Source: Octopus bimaculoides (Eukaryota). Taken from it: a DNA stretch of 63,996 nt. A model generated the notes under the pieces. That model ran no database searches, was not told the DNA's origin, and saw only the letters and a list, made by a program, of their open reading frames with translations. The position numbers were made by a program, and so were the translations under genes. Where the stretch lies: the NCBI RefSeq assembly GCF_001194135.2, contig NC_069000.1:39271724-39335719 (forward strand). Direction: 5' to 3'. Below are positions 23,780 to 36,706 of this stretch, piece after piece (the stretch's first letter is position 1; each line of letters begins with the position of its first letter).

Positions 23780-25020
23780 CATATTATTATTGTTGTTGTT
23801 GAACATTTTGTACTTTCAGACCAATTTCTATTGCATCACCTGATAGACCTCCCTATTGCTGGGATGTGTGCAGCGTTTTGTATTCTTTTCACTTGATAGG
23901 AGTATTGTATTGGGTCAGTTTTATCTCCTGAGGTGTAGTGCTGTCTTTTCTTGTATTATTGCTTATGTTGTGTTTTGTGTATGTAATGCGTTGGTTTTTT
24001 AAGGATTTCTGGTGGAAGTTTATTTCACCAGATAATTGCTGTAAAGAGTGTCTTGTGGTGCTTGTGGGTTCTTTTGTTTCGGTAGTATTATTGAATTGAT
24101 AGTGTGTTGCTTAGAATGTGGGCTGTTCCTAACAGGGCTATTGTTTGCTTGAGGATCCAGATATAGCGTCTATGTTTTTGTACATATGTTTTTTTTTATC
24201 ATTCCCAATGCTCCAAGTATTATTGCTATTGCTTTCACCCGCATGTCCCACATCTTTTTGGACAGTAATATTTTAATCAGAAGTGACTACGATGTCTATC
24301 AACATGGAGGTGTTTTACTCAATCCTTGATTATTATGTCGGGGCGACTAGCTTTTACTTCTTTGTCGATTTTAACCGGTATATCCCCCCTGATGATTGTG
24401 ACCTGAATTTTGTTTTATATCTTGTTTGGCACATGTTTATACTATTTATTGTCAGTTTTAATGTTATAGCGTTGGCATATTGTCCAGGGCATATAACTAC
24501 TTACTCGGTCGTATCTCTATATATAATTACATTTGGCAAAGACTAGGCAACCAGACATAATGGAGTTAACTGTCTTATTATGCTTGTTGCAGATTCTGAA
24601 TTTGATGTTAGAGCCTGTTTTTATCATTTTCCTTTTATAGTTGTTTGCAGTCAGGCATTGGTCTTGTGCTTCGAGAATCAGTCCTTTTTTCAGCTTTTAG
24701 TCCAGAGCTTTTGAGCCATTTCTGACTTTCACTTAGGCTCACACTTTCTCTGCCAAGCCTTGCAGAGTATTGATCACGTAGTAGTTTCTCTCTCTATTTC
24801 TTCTTTAATATATTTTGTAATTCTGCCTTCACATTGTTTTTCTTTTTTTTTTTTTGTCTCTGAACATTTCTGCTATGTTGTCATCTGAGGTCTGTTTATC
24901 AGAATAAATTGTTGACTCCTTGTTTATAGAGAAAAGCATTTTCTTTGTCTCGTGTTGCTTTATTCCATGTAGTAGCATTCCACTAATTTGTTTCAAGCGA
25001 TCAAATGTATCTGCTGTACT
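23780..25020 (-). mobile_element. 3' portion of an R4/Dong-type non-LTR retrotransposon (decayed)
   Basis: The minus strand reads, with stops and shifts, KWLKSSGLKAE..GLILEAQDQ...RICNKHNKTVNSIMSGCLVFAK..Y..RYDRV...ASRPDIIIKD..MLIDI...MWDMRV..IILGALGMIKK...IALLGTAHILSNTLSIQ* (zinc knuckle plus RLE). The 3' UTR ends in CAACAACAACAATAATAAT. Confidence 0.88.
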
Positions 25021-27064
25021 ATCAATCCCCCCCCCCCATAAAATTGACAGCAATAATATTTATTATATATAGGACACATGGAACGTGAAAACATTTAGGA
25101 CAATAGAAAGAAAATGAAGATTGTGAGTACAAATGAACAGAAGTAAAACATGATGAATAATAGTCAAGAAAATTATAATTCAATTTCCAAATAAGGGTAT
25201 TCACCTAGGGTTAACCAGGGAACTTCACAGATCATGAGTCACACCGACAGCCAAGCCAAGGACACAAGTGGTAGGCACCCCGTTCCCATTTGTGCACCCT
25301 CCTACAGGCGCTAGCTTAGATTGCGCCTTCTCACTGGATCCTTCCGTTGCACTATGTTTAAATCGTTTCGAGTCCTACTAGCTACACAAATCAGTATAAA
25401 TCCCTATATATAGCAAGTTCAAATGTCCATCAAATTTACTTGAGTTAATAAATCTTACCGAACGTATTCAATGTAACTTTTGTTTTCAATTTTGTTGTCA
25501 CACATCCGTCTTAACAGCAGCTCAGATTTAATTAGGTAAACACCATAAAATATTACCCTGTATTTTCAAGCAACTACTGAATTCATTGCTACCACACTTA
25601 TGGATATTATATCAAATATTTTGCATGCAAATATTTTTCTTTGTAAATATAACCGCTGGAATTAATATACATCCATTCATACATACATGCAAATATACAT
25701 GCATACATACATAAGTTACACACACACACACTCACCACGCATACACACATATTTGTCATAATACATAATGATTTTATAAATACGATGTTTCTATTGTAGA
25801 TAGTAAATAATAGGTTTAGTTTCATTTATGGGAAAATTAATGTTGCTTTCGTGTATTTAATAGTATTTGTGTTGCAGCGTGCATTTCAAATTTACTGTAT
25901 ATTAGAATTTGTGTTATTCATATTTAATGTTGAATATAATGTTGTCTATTCAATGGCGATTTCACATTTCCCCGACTGCCAATTGGTGAGCTGCAGGTAA
26001 TATCTAAAGTATATATGGCATTGCCATTATGGTCTAAAGTATATATGGCATTGCCATTATGGTTATTTAATGGGACATATTTATGAATCGAACATTGTGT
26101 ATTTAATGCAGACTTTAATCTTCATGCAATCTCTTTTAATTGATTTTGAATAGATAATCCAGATCTTCGTATAGCTTAGAGATGAACTTTGAAACTTTAC
26201 TGTCACTTCGATATTACAGTGTGGAACAAACTTTCTCATCTTCCCTTGACGCATGTGACAAGCATATCATTTATATATAACTCGTGCAAGTCTATTTATT
26301 TCATTCGTGTCCAAACTTTATAATTTAAGAATATCAACTCACGGCCTCCACTCTGGCCTGACTTCATGTAATGGCTATATAATTATTGAAATTCAATTAG
26401 CGTTTCTCACAAATTGCGTTCTGCTTCACTATTCATACTAGCTGTATTACTTTATGGACTTATACGTAAGGCATGCATTGTATTACCTTTTATCTGTTAT
26501 CTTTTAATTGTTTTCCTTATCAGACTACAACAGGCTCACTGAACAATAGTACGTTCTATATAATTATCAAAGAATATAGATACATCATAATGATTTGAAT
26601 AATTCGGGATATTATGATTAACATCTACGAAATATGTGTATCTGAACTGAGGGTGAACATAATTGTCACTTCCCACTATAGCTTTACTAAGATTTCTCTA
26701 GCCTACTCTATGCTCATAACACTAATATTCCCACAAAATATTACAATGAGCCCATAAATTTGAACTCATATATCCTTTTACCTCTCACATTCAGAAGATG
26801 GTTGTATTTTGGAACAAGTCGTATCCCCCACAGAATATGTTTTGTTCATGTGTGTAAAATTAAGCCACAATCCGTTGCAAACATGTACTTGTTTCCAACA
26901 GCTTTCCTTGTGTTTCTCAAATCTATTCCATTTTTTATTTTCGTTGTCATTTCAAATTTATTGCTTAGATATTTATTTTCAGTGTAATTAAACATTATTT
27001 TTCTAATTAGTAAGTTATAGGAAGAAGAAAAATTATTCTTTCTATTTTAATATTACAGTACACC

Positions 27065-27282
27065 AAAGCAGCATGCTGGTCGAATCTCGAACGTGCTTCG
27101 CAAAAAGACTTAGTGATATTCTGCCTGGTTTAATGTTCTAAGTTCAAATTCCGCCTAAGTTAAGTTTGGCGTTCATCATTTCCAGGTCGATAAAATAATT
27201 ACCAGTTGAGCATTGGTGTCGAGGTAATCAACTTACTCCTCCCGCAAAATGTCTGGCCTTGTGCAGATATTTTGATATCAAT
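27065..27282 (+). mobile_element. SINE family B (old copy)
   Basis: AAGTTCAAATTCCGCC...GGTCGATAAAATAATTACCAGTTG...CTGGCCTTGTGC. Confidence 0.75.
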
Positions 27283-27311
27283 ATCTCATTAAACCCAGGC
27301 GATTACATGCC

Positions 27312-27520
27312 AGAATCATTAACTCGCCGCGCATAATGCTTAGATGCATTTCGTAAGGTTTTACGTTTTGAGTTCAAATTCCGCTGGGGTCGATTTTGCC
27401 TTTCATCCTTTTTTGGGGGGCTCGATGAAATAACTACCAGTTGCGTATTGAGGTCGATGTAATCGACTTATGCCCTCCCCAAATTTTACTGACCCTGTGC
27501 CGAACCTGGAAACCAATATT
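27312..27520 (+). mobile_element. SINE family B (second copy, in tandem)
   Basis: GAGTTCAAATTCCGCTGGGGTCGATTTTGCCTTTCATCC...TACCAGTTGCGTATTGAGGTCGATGTAATCGAC. Confidence 0.8.
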
Positions 27521-27957
27521 GCAGTACACCAGCTTTTGTTTTTAATCCCGATATTTCGCACAATCTTAATATTGTGAGTCGGGAGGAATTCATCCGTGTG
27601 TATTCTCGGCCCCAATAAGTATATAAATGGTGTAGTTGGAAGAGAAGCTATAGTCCAGGGCCTAAAAGACGGAAGGAACAAATTGATCATCAGCGGAGCA
27701 ACATATGCTGGACATTATGTCAAACGAATGAATTGTGCTAAAACGTATTGGACAATGTTGCTATCGGTTGTATATTAAGCTGTCCCATAATAAATCTTAT
27801 ATTCCACAGTATATTAGTTCACTGTTTTCCAAAACAGAGAAAATCTACTCTTCATTTCTAGTTTTTTATATGTATGCCGTAATTAGAACCGTAGATTCGA
27901 ATTTGTTTCCTTCTTGTGTAATTTTTGTTCATTTGTTTTGTTTTTAATGCCAAGATT

Positions 27958-28207
27958 CAGTGGTTCTCAGCCGGGTTCCATATGTCTCTTCGTTATCCAT
28001 AAAAGATTATATTTTCAAAATTTATGGGCAATAATTTACTTATAATTCTACAATACATTCGCGCTTTTAACAGTTTTTTTTAAAAATACAATTCCTAATA
28101 TCATTTAAATATAGGATATTTTTTAAACAGCGTATGATTATGAGGGTCCTACCGAGTAAAATAAGAACCTAAGGGTACCATAGGTAAACAGTGTTTGAGA
28201 ACCACTG
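27958..28207. mobile_element. 250-bp hAT/Charlie-like MITE
   Basis: Perfect 12-bp TIRs CAGTGGTTCTCA / TGAGAACCACTG with an AT-rich non-coding interior. No clean 8-bp TSD remains. Confidence 0.8.
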
Positions 28208-30755
28208 GCCTGGCGGATTCTTGATCTTAAAAGTTCCCTTCATTATTGTCATGCTAGCGAATAATGCGGCAGGCATCAGACTTCTTACTTCAATATAAAA
28301 TTCAGACTGTCTAAGACATAGGTGGGATCAATATTAATGCCATATATTTGTTACTATCAATAGACACTTTTTATTCGGAATTTTATTTCTTTATTCGGTT
28401 TTATTTATATCCCGGTTTCTACTTAGAGATTTCTATTATTTACGTTAGAGGTATTGTATTCAATATTTGCTTATTCTATCTTGTTGCTTTGCTTTTGCAT
28501 AAACATATACAGTTCTCTATCTAGAGAAAGGGTCATATTCTTATTTCTTTTTATCATCATCAGATGCCGCCTTTCATGTATTTCATTCTATGCTTATATA
28601 ACATGCAACCTACATTACTCATCCTCTTATTGTATATTTATATGAACATAATTTTTACCTTCAACTATTAAAGCTAGAACATGATTAGATTTTAAGAGAT
28701 ATGTACTACATCTGTTGTTTGAATTTAGTCTATTTGATGGAGAAATATGTTTCGATCTTGGGTGATGCAGTAAAAAAATAAATAAATTCTTGCGTCTTCT
28801 CTTAATAGCCAAAACAGAACAACACATACTTCTATACATCAAAACACGTCTATTTCCTTTATTGTGAAGTTTTCGAGATTATCAACAATTGGCTTTTACT
28901 GTAAGCATTCCCCCTTCGCATTGCTATTCGAATATATTAATATAATTTCCGTTTATTACTCTCCAGGATTCTTACAAGATTTTCTTTCGTCCTTGTTTGA
29001 TCATATTTATCTATGTTAATTTTTGCTGTAATTTCTTCCATTAGTACCTTCCGTAATTCACGCTTTTCTTTATTTTTCATCTATTTCCAAACAAAACTGT
29101 TTCTTGTTTCATGGATATACAACATTTTCTACAAAAAGCATCTTAAATATTGCAAAAATGTACAACGATTGAATGTATGTTTGCTCANNNNNNNNNNTAT
29201 ATATATTATTCTTCGTAACGTATACCTTACAAAACTTAGAAGGGCATTTTTTATGTCAATATCTCCTCTCTTTTTTTTTATAAACATATTACATTATCAC
29301 CAGTCCTTCCACAAATACTACATTATGGATATACACTTACATATTCTGACGTTCAATATAGCAGTGTACATGTAGCACGATAAATAGCTTTTATATGTGA
29401 TAAATCGACATATTTGCGCTTTGATTCTTTTCAAATACCTCATAGATAATTTTATTACTTCATTGTTTTTATAGGCGGAAATTCATTTTCGGCATGGGTG
29501 CTTTTAATTCCATGTGGTTTAGCTGGGAATGTTCAACGTTGATAGCTTTATCAGATGATCAAAGGTATGTTTCAATGCCTGATTCTTTCGATTCATAAGG
29601 TTCTTTTACGTTCTTATTATTGGCATTGAAGCTGAACGTGACACTTTTTTTTCTTCTTGTGGATTGAGATAATTTCAATTAGATCCCTCTTGCTGTATGT
29701 TTATATTAGTTCTGACATTTTCTGGTAATATTATTGAATCACGTATGGGCCCGTTACCATTCGATGCTCATTTTTGCATTTTTTTTCTCCTATTTGGATG
29801 TCTTCAATAAGGATAATGTAAGAATTCTTCAGTTTCCAAATGCCATCAATTCTTCGTATATTGTACATTCAATTTGTTAGTTTCTCTTTCTATGTCGTAT
29901 GTTTAACGTGTTTTTATTTCTCTTCTGTTGTTAGTTACGGTTTCTTTCATAATACCTTCATACTTTCTGATATCCAGTACCTGTACATTTAAGGGTACTC
30001 TTATTTCTTTGAGATAACAGTTTCACACACACACCGCGTTTATACACACAAACATACATATAACTACAATTGCACAAGCAGGTACATACACACACAGACA
30101 AACACAATCACGTATGGGCCCGTTACCATTTTTGCTTTTTCTTCTCCTATTTGGATGTCTTCAATAAGGATAATGTAGGAATTCTTCAGTTTCCAAATGC
30201 CAGGTACATACACACACAGACAAGCACACACATGTATATATATGCATTTTCATGTATGTTTCTGTGTTGGAATATGTGTTTGATACTACGTGTGTGGGTG
30301 TGTATACGTACTTACAAATGGAACTAGAGAAGGCATTCAATGCATGTTAGTAGAGTGTCCATATTTGGGTGACGTGGATGCTTAACTCGATAGCAGTTTC
30401 GCAGCTTGAACGTGTGCGATCGTTAGTATTCTATTTCAAGATTATCTCCCTGTTTTTTTCCTTCTCTATTTTTCTGGCAGAGCATGCTGGAAATAAATGC
30501 AATGTTTCAGACTGCTTCTTACTACTTCCTCGCTCTCACTTGTTGATAGAGGTCAAGCAGAGGGTTTCAATAAATGTGTAATTGATCTTGGATGGCACTT
30601 GGAATGCTCAAAAATGTAACTGAAAATTTATTGTGGATGTTCCCTGGTTTACCATCAATGCAAGAAATGCAAACGTATTGAGAACGGCATTGTCACTGTG
30701 AATGTTCTCCTTTTTTCCCTTCATTTTCTTTGCTTTCTTTTTTTTTTTTTACCTG

Positions 30756-30966
30756 TTTTCTACTAAATGCACAAGGCCATAAATTTTAGTGGAGAGGAAA
30801 AGTCAAAAACATCGACCCCATTGTTTCACTGGTGCTTAATTTCTCGATCCTGAAAGGATGAAAGGCAAAGTCGACCTCGGTGAAATTTGAACTCAGAATG
30901 TAGCGGCAGACGAAATAGTGCTAAGTATTTTTGCCCGGCGTGTTTAACGATTTTGTCAGCTCGCTG
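30756..30966 (-). mobile_element. SINE family B (full length)
   Basis: Contains GAAAGGATGAAAGGCAAAGTCGACCTCGG...TTTGAACTCAGAA...GCCCGGCGTG, the reverse complement of the family B body and head. Confidence 0.9.
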
Positions 30967-30971
30967 CTTTG

Positions 30972-31041
30972 TGATGATGATGATGATGATGATGATGCTG
31001 AATGTGATAATGATGATGATGCTGATGATGATGATGAAGAC

Positions 31042-31074
<33 letters not shown>

Positions 31075-31075
31075 A
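30972..31075. repeat. Imperfect (GAT)n microsatellite
   Basis: Direct reading of the sequence. Confidence 0.95.
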
Positions 31076-31861
31076 CTACGCTTGTTGCTTTTTTTTTTTC
31101 TTGCAGTGGTACTTTTGTTGTTTTAGCTGTGGAAATTGTTTGTGTATTGTTTTATTACATTTCTTTTTTTCTTTGCCATTCTTCTTCTTCTTCTTCTCCT
31201 TATAGGCCTTTTTAGACCTTTTAACATTTAAATAAACGTAGCTTTATATACGTTGAAATTATCATCAAAGGAATAAACAATAAGAGAAAAATAATCTATG
31301 TATTCATAAAATCTATTTTGCCGTACAACGTTTGACATATTTCTAAATAACAATAGTGAAACTTTACATGGTGGTGAACGGCCAACAATGCATGAACTGT
31401 CAGTAACATCACGTTCTGGTGACTTTTACAGAATCACTGTATGAAATTTCTATAGAGTGTGTAAACTTTCATCGTTATAGCACAGTAGATATGTATGTTA
31501 TTTATTCCGACTTTTCTTTTTGATTTCCCGATTATGTTTGCTATTAAACCCCTCCTCGTTTCTCCCTATACACATACACAAACCCACAGAGACACAGACA
31601 CACACACGTGCATATGTGGGTGGGTGTTTGTGGGTGTGTGTGTGTGTGTGTTGTGTGTGTATGTGTGTGCGTGTGATCATGTGTATAAGTGTCTGTATGA
31701 GTGTATGTGTATGCATTTATGTATGAAGGTAATTTATGTGTGTATACGAAGAAATGAAGTCGAATCAAATCGTGGTATTTTGGAGTCATTTAATACAAAC
31801 GGTTCAGGCTTGTGTAATATATTATAAGCAATGCATCCATTACATAAAACTTCCTCATTTA

Positions 31862-31934
31862 AAGCAACTGAGGAAAGTTTACCCACTCGATGCGCTGCTT
31901 GTTATATATTAGGCAAACCCGAAACGTATGTCTT
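31862..31934 (+). ncRNA. Decayed Penelope-type hammerhead fold
   Basis: CTGAGGA (31868-31874); stem II (AA)GTTT/AAAC(CC) around a long loop; GAAAC-GT-A with palindromic ACGT stem III; stem I AAGCAA/TGTCTT only 4 of 6 paired. Confidence 0.45.
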
Positions 31935-32136
31935 AAATGATAATTTATCCTGATCTCGCTATTTATAGCATTATCACGCGTTTGAGAAATAAATTTATTT
32001 CTGTCTTACAATACATCTCAACGCTTCTAAAAAAAAGAATAAACTTTGTTTACTTTCATCGTAAAGTTGAATTTAACGTTAGCGTCTTATGAATCTAAAT
32101 TTATAAGTTCAAAAATTGCAGAAGAATTCGTTGCTG

Positions 32137-32208
32137 AACAGTTTAGTTTAATGGTAAAACACTTCACGCGTAATCACAGAGATGTGAGTTCGAGTCTCAT
32201 GGCTGGCC
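32137..32208 (+). pseudogene. tRNA-Thr(CGT)-like pseudogene / Pol III cassette
   Basis: D arm GTTT-AATGGTA-AAAC; T arm GTGAG-TTCGAGT-CTCAT; anticodon-position CGT (32169-32171); acceptor stem 5 of 7 paired including G-U; anticodon stem broken; T7 run at 32218-32224. Confidence 0.65.
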
Positions 32209-33596
32209 AGTAACGTATTTTTTTGCAATAAATGGATAATTTATCCTGATCTCGCTATTTATAGCATTATCACGCGTTTCAGAAATAAATTTATGTCTGT
32301 ATATATATATATTTATATATATTTGAAGGTTTGAAGGTGATGTACAGAAAGTATATAGAAAAAAATTTAAGGTACTCAGAAATCTGGATCTTTGTACATT
32401 TACAGATTTTTATTAATGTCACATATTAAATAATATATATATAATATATATATAATATAATATATATATAATGTCACATATTAAATAAAGCGCTTTTCAC
32501 CTAGTCGTGTAGGATTTTCAAATATATATATATATATATATGCATAAAGCCACACATTTATATATATGTACATCTGTGCATACACATATGTGTATGTCTA
32601 TATGTGTGCGTTTGTATTTGTGTATGTGTGTCTGTATGTTATTGTGTGTGTGTATATATGTCATTTACTCCTATCGGCTTCTCTGATTATTCACATTTTG
32701 ACTTTGTGGCCAACATAGAATTTTTACTAGACGAAATCCCAATAGATTTTTCCGTGAAAATCCATTTGTTCTGTTTATCTGATGAAATATAATAGCAGCC
32801 GCGTAACTAACTACAAGAATAAAGAACACGATTTCTAAACTGATAGCTAGAAATTGAAAAACTTGCGAGAAGATTATCATCAACGCAGATCACATCCACA
32901 TATGTCGATTGTACTCTTAAGTCTTTTCTAGGGGCAATTGTATACTGATTAGATGAATGTGCATATCCTTGTCATTGTTTATAAGCGTCTCTTATTGGTT
33001 ACATTCGAATAAATATAAACATGGGAGGAAATTTAAAAGATATTCTTTTGTAAACGGCGCACATTCATTTATATTCTGCCCTGTGATAGAATTGTCACCG
33101 AAGTTGAATTCAATAATTTCGCTTACCGTTTATTCTTGTAATTATATTATTCTTCAGTTTGTAATTGTATTCAGGACAAGCGTTTATCAAATAACACATC
33201 AATTGACATGGGACAACTTTTATTGGTTATAATATCGATATTAAGCGTATATAGAAGTAGCATTTGAGCGAAGAACAAGTCGGAATTACCTCTCAAAATG
33301 GCTACTTATGTGTATGTAAATACAAACTGCGTTGACGAACTTTAGAACAATATTCATAAGTGGGGAAAATTAGCATACACAAAAGCTGACTCAAGAAACA
33401 TTCACACCGGAATCGTTAGCATTAAACAATTCAATTTGAATATACGCATTTCAAAAACATTTATATTTGTATGCATTCGTACGACATTTATATGTATGCC
33501 AAGAGGCATTCTTGTAGATATGCATGCATATACGCCTACATACATATATGTGGGCGAGTCTATGTGTCTATGTAGTATGTGTATACACGCGGATGC

Positions 33597-33648
<52 letters not shown>

Positions 33649-33835
33649 GTGTGTGTGTGTGTGTGTGAATGCATGTATGTATATAACACTGTTATAGAGA
33701 AGTTATAGATTGACTTAATAGAAAAGAGATTCATGCATGAGATTAAGCAAACTTGCCGGATAGCACTGTACATATTTTTAGCATATTATGATGTTGATCA
33801 TAAGAACAGCAATAATAATAAGAATCATCATAATG

Positions 33836-33836
<1 letters not shown>

Positions 33837-33911
<75 letters not shown>

Positions 33912-33964
33912 NNNNNNNNNNNNNNNNNNNNNNNNNNNNNNNNNNNNNNNNNNNNNNNNNNNNN

Positions 33965-34039
<75 letters not shown>

Positions 34040-34053
34040 ATGATGATGATGAT
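33837..34053. repeat. (AGT)n microsatellite spanning a gap, ending in (GAT)n
   Basis: Direct reading of the sequence. Confidence 0.95.
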
Positions 34054-34727
34054 GAGTATGTTGAATGTATCGTTAAATTTTAAACAATGGCACGCTTCCT
34101 TTCTTGCTTCTATTATTACTAATATTATCATTATTATTATTGTTATTATCATCATCATCATCATCAGTAGTAGTCGTAAGTAGTAGTAGTAGTGCTAGTA
34201 ATAGGGCAAGGAGGAGGGAGGGAGGGGAGGAGGAGTAGAAGAAGCAGTAATAGGGCAAGGAGGAGGGAGGGAGGGGAGGAGGAGTAGAAGAAGCAGTAAT
34301 AGCAAAGTTTGCAGCGAAGGTAACATAACTGTTATTTTTGTAGATATTTTGCAGCACCATGTTGATCTTCATGGAGCAACTTCCATAACCTACGTATCTC
34401 AATCCATGAACTCCATGTCATATTTTCGTGTATAGCTCACCCAAGGTCTGTTCTATCAAAACTATGTTTTTTTTTTTTTGAAGGAAATGTTGTTTGGCCA
34501 TAGAGAAATTTGAAGATTATTTATAACGGATCGGGTTCTCGTACGCCATGTTTGTTTGCCTCATATCATTCTAACGGTTGTTACTGCATCATACTCATGT
34601 TTCAGTTCCTGCTGCTATCATCATTTGCTCTTGTTGTTGTATTCCAAGACATACCAAATACAACCTATTCTTTTGTTAATAAATACGTATTGCTTATTCT
34701 GCGTATAATTTTAAGAGACGATTGTAT

Positions 34728-35158
34728 ACTCTTTACTCTTTTACTCTTTTACTTGTTTCAGTCATTTGACTACGGCCATGCTACAGCAGCGCGTTCTAGT
34801 CGAGCAAATCGAACCCAGGACTTATTCTTTGTAAGCCTAGTACTTATTCTATCGGTCTCTTTTGCCGAACCGCTAAGTTACGGAGACGTAAACACACCAC
34901 CATCGGTTGTCAAGCGATGTTGGTGGGGGACAAAACATACACACAAACATATGCACACACATACATATATATACATATATATATACATATACATACATAC
35001 GACAGGCTTCTTTCAATTTCCGTCTACCAAATCCACTCACAAGGCTTTGGTCGGCCCGAGGCTATAGTAGAAGATACGTGTCCAAGGTGCCACGCAGTGG
35101 GAATGAACCCGGAACCATGTGGCTGGTAAGCAAGCTACTTACCACACAGCCACTCCTG
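34728..35158 (-). mobile_element. SINE family A, full length and well preserved
   Basis: Reverse complement: CAGGAGTGGCTGTGTGGTAAG (A box), GGTTCCGGGTTCATTCCC (B box), body, internal TA/TG microsatellite, CGATAGAATAAGTACTAGG, and tail AAATGACTGAAACAAG followed by TAAAAGAG-type short repeats. Confidence 0.92.
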
Positions 35159-36508
35159 TATGCTATTTTATTCATATTTTTCGGAAACGTCGAGGTTCCA
35201 TCATTGGCTCAAATAATCTTGCAAACTCAGATGATGGTGGTCTTATTTCTTTTCCTATTTTTTACGCCAATACTATTTATTCCGCCATTTCCTGTGCGGT
35301 CAGAGTCCTTATGAGAGTTTCTTTGATGTCCAAATTTAAAAAGAAAATTAATGGAATCTGACATGGCATTGAGATTTCTTCTTGTAATAGCCATCGTACA
35401 ATTCCCTTGCGGCACTTCNNNNNNNNNNNNNNNNNNNNNNNNNNNNNNNNNNNNNNNNNNNNNNNNNNNNNNNNNNNNNNNNNNNNNNNNNNNNNNNNNN
35501 NNNNNNNNNNNNNNNNNNNNNNNNNNNNNNNNNNNNNNNNNNNNNNNNNNNNNNNNNNNNNNNNNNNNNNNNNNNNNNNNNNNNNNNNNNNNNNNNNNNN
35601 NNNNNNNNNNNNNNNNNNNNNNNNNNNNNNNNNNNNNNNNNNNNNNNNNNNNNNNNNNNNNNNNNNNNNNNNNNNNNNNNNNNNNNNNNNNNNNNNNNNN
35701 NNNNNNNNNNNNNNNNNNNNNNNNNNNNNNNNNNNNNNNNNNNNNNNNNNNNNNNNNNNNNNNNNNNNNNNNNNNNNNNNNNNNNNNNNNNNNNNNNNNN
35801 NNNNNNNNNNNNNNNNNNNNNNNNNNNNNNNNNNNNNNNNNNNNNNNNNNNNNNNNNNNNNNNNNNNNNNNNNNNNNNNNNNNNNNNNNNNNNNNNNNNN
35901 NNNNNNNNNNNNNNNNNNNNNNNNNNNNNNNNNNNNNNNNNNNNNNNNNNNNNNNNNNNNNNNNNNNNNNNNNNNNNNNNNNNNNNNNNNNNNNNNNNNN
36001 NNNNNNNNNNNNNNNNNNNNNNNNNNNNNNNNNNNNNNNNNNNNNNNNNNNNNNNNNNNNNNNNNNNNNNNNNNNAAGAACAGACACAAAAAGAAACAAC
36101 GGGAGGACGTGGTACATGTAAAGTATTAGCAAACGCTCTGTGAAAGAGAGAAAGATAGCTTAATGATTCGAGCAGTGCTCTTCTTCAGAAACACCGGAAA
36201 GTCCAATAGAAAAGGAAGACAAATGAAGAAAATCGCCAACGATTCACATGCGGTTACATATATATTACATATAAGGATAAGTATATTAAAAGAGGGAAGT
36301 GTGAAAATTCATTTAAATAAAAGGGTTGGGAACCAGTGCTGTGAACGACTGTGAAAAGCTTGGGAATCACTGGTGTAGCCCCTAAAAATATAATCAGCAG
36401 TTAGAGGAATCGCCGTACTCAAATCTTTAGCATTAGGCAAGAGATTTTAAAAAGTACATATTATCAGGTAAAATATATAACTATTAAACTAAATGTATAT
36501 AGTAACAT

Positions 36509-36706
36509 CCTTTTCTACTCTACACACAAGGCCCGAAATTTTGGGGTAAAGGGCCAGTTGATTAGATCCACACCAGTATGCAACTGATACATAATTTATT
36601 GAACCCGAAAGGATGAAAGCAAAGTTTACCTCGGCGGAATTTGACCTCAGAACATAAAGGCAGACGAAATGCCGCCAAGCATTTCGCCCGGTGTGCTAAC
36701 GTTTCT
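36509..36706 (-). mobile_element. SINE family B, common tail, head clipped
   Basis: Tail GGGCCTTGTGTGTAGAGTAGAAAAGG on the minus strand. The 5' end starts at AGAAACGTTAGCAC, directly after the neighbouring copy. Confidence 0.88.

Noticed and set aside
30476-30581. Strong polypyrimidine tract plus CAG acceptor
   Set aside because: All three frames stop soon or give no recognisable peptide, and no convincing donor follows.
35227-35418. RNLNAMSDSI faintly like the PDLNPMD motif of DD37D transposases
   Set aside because: The similarity is too short and the region is cut by a gap.
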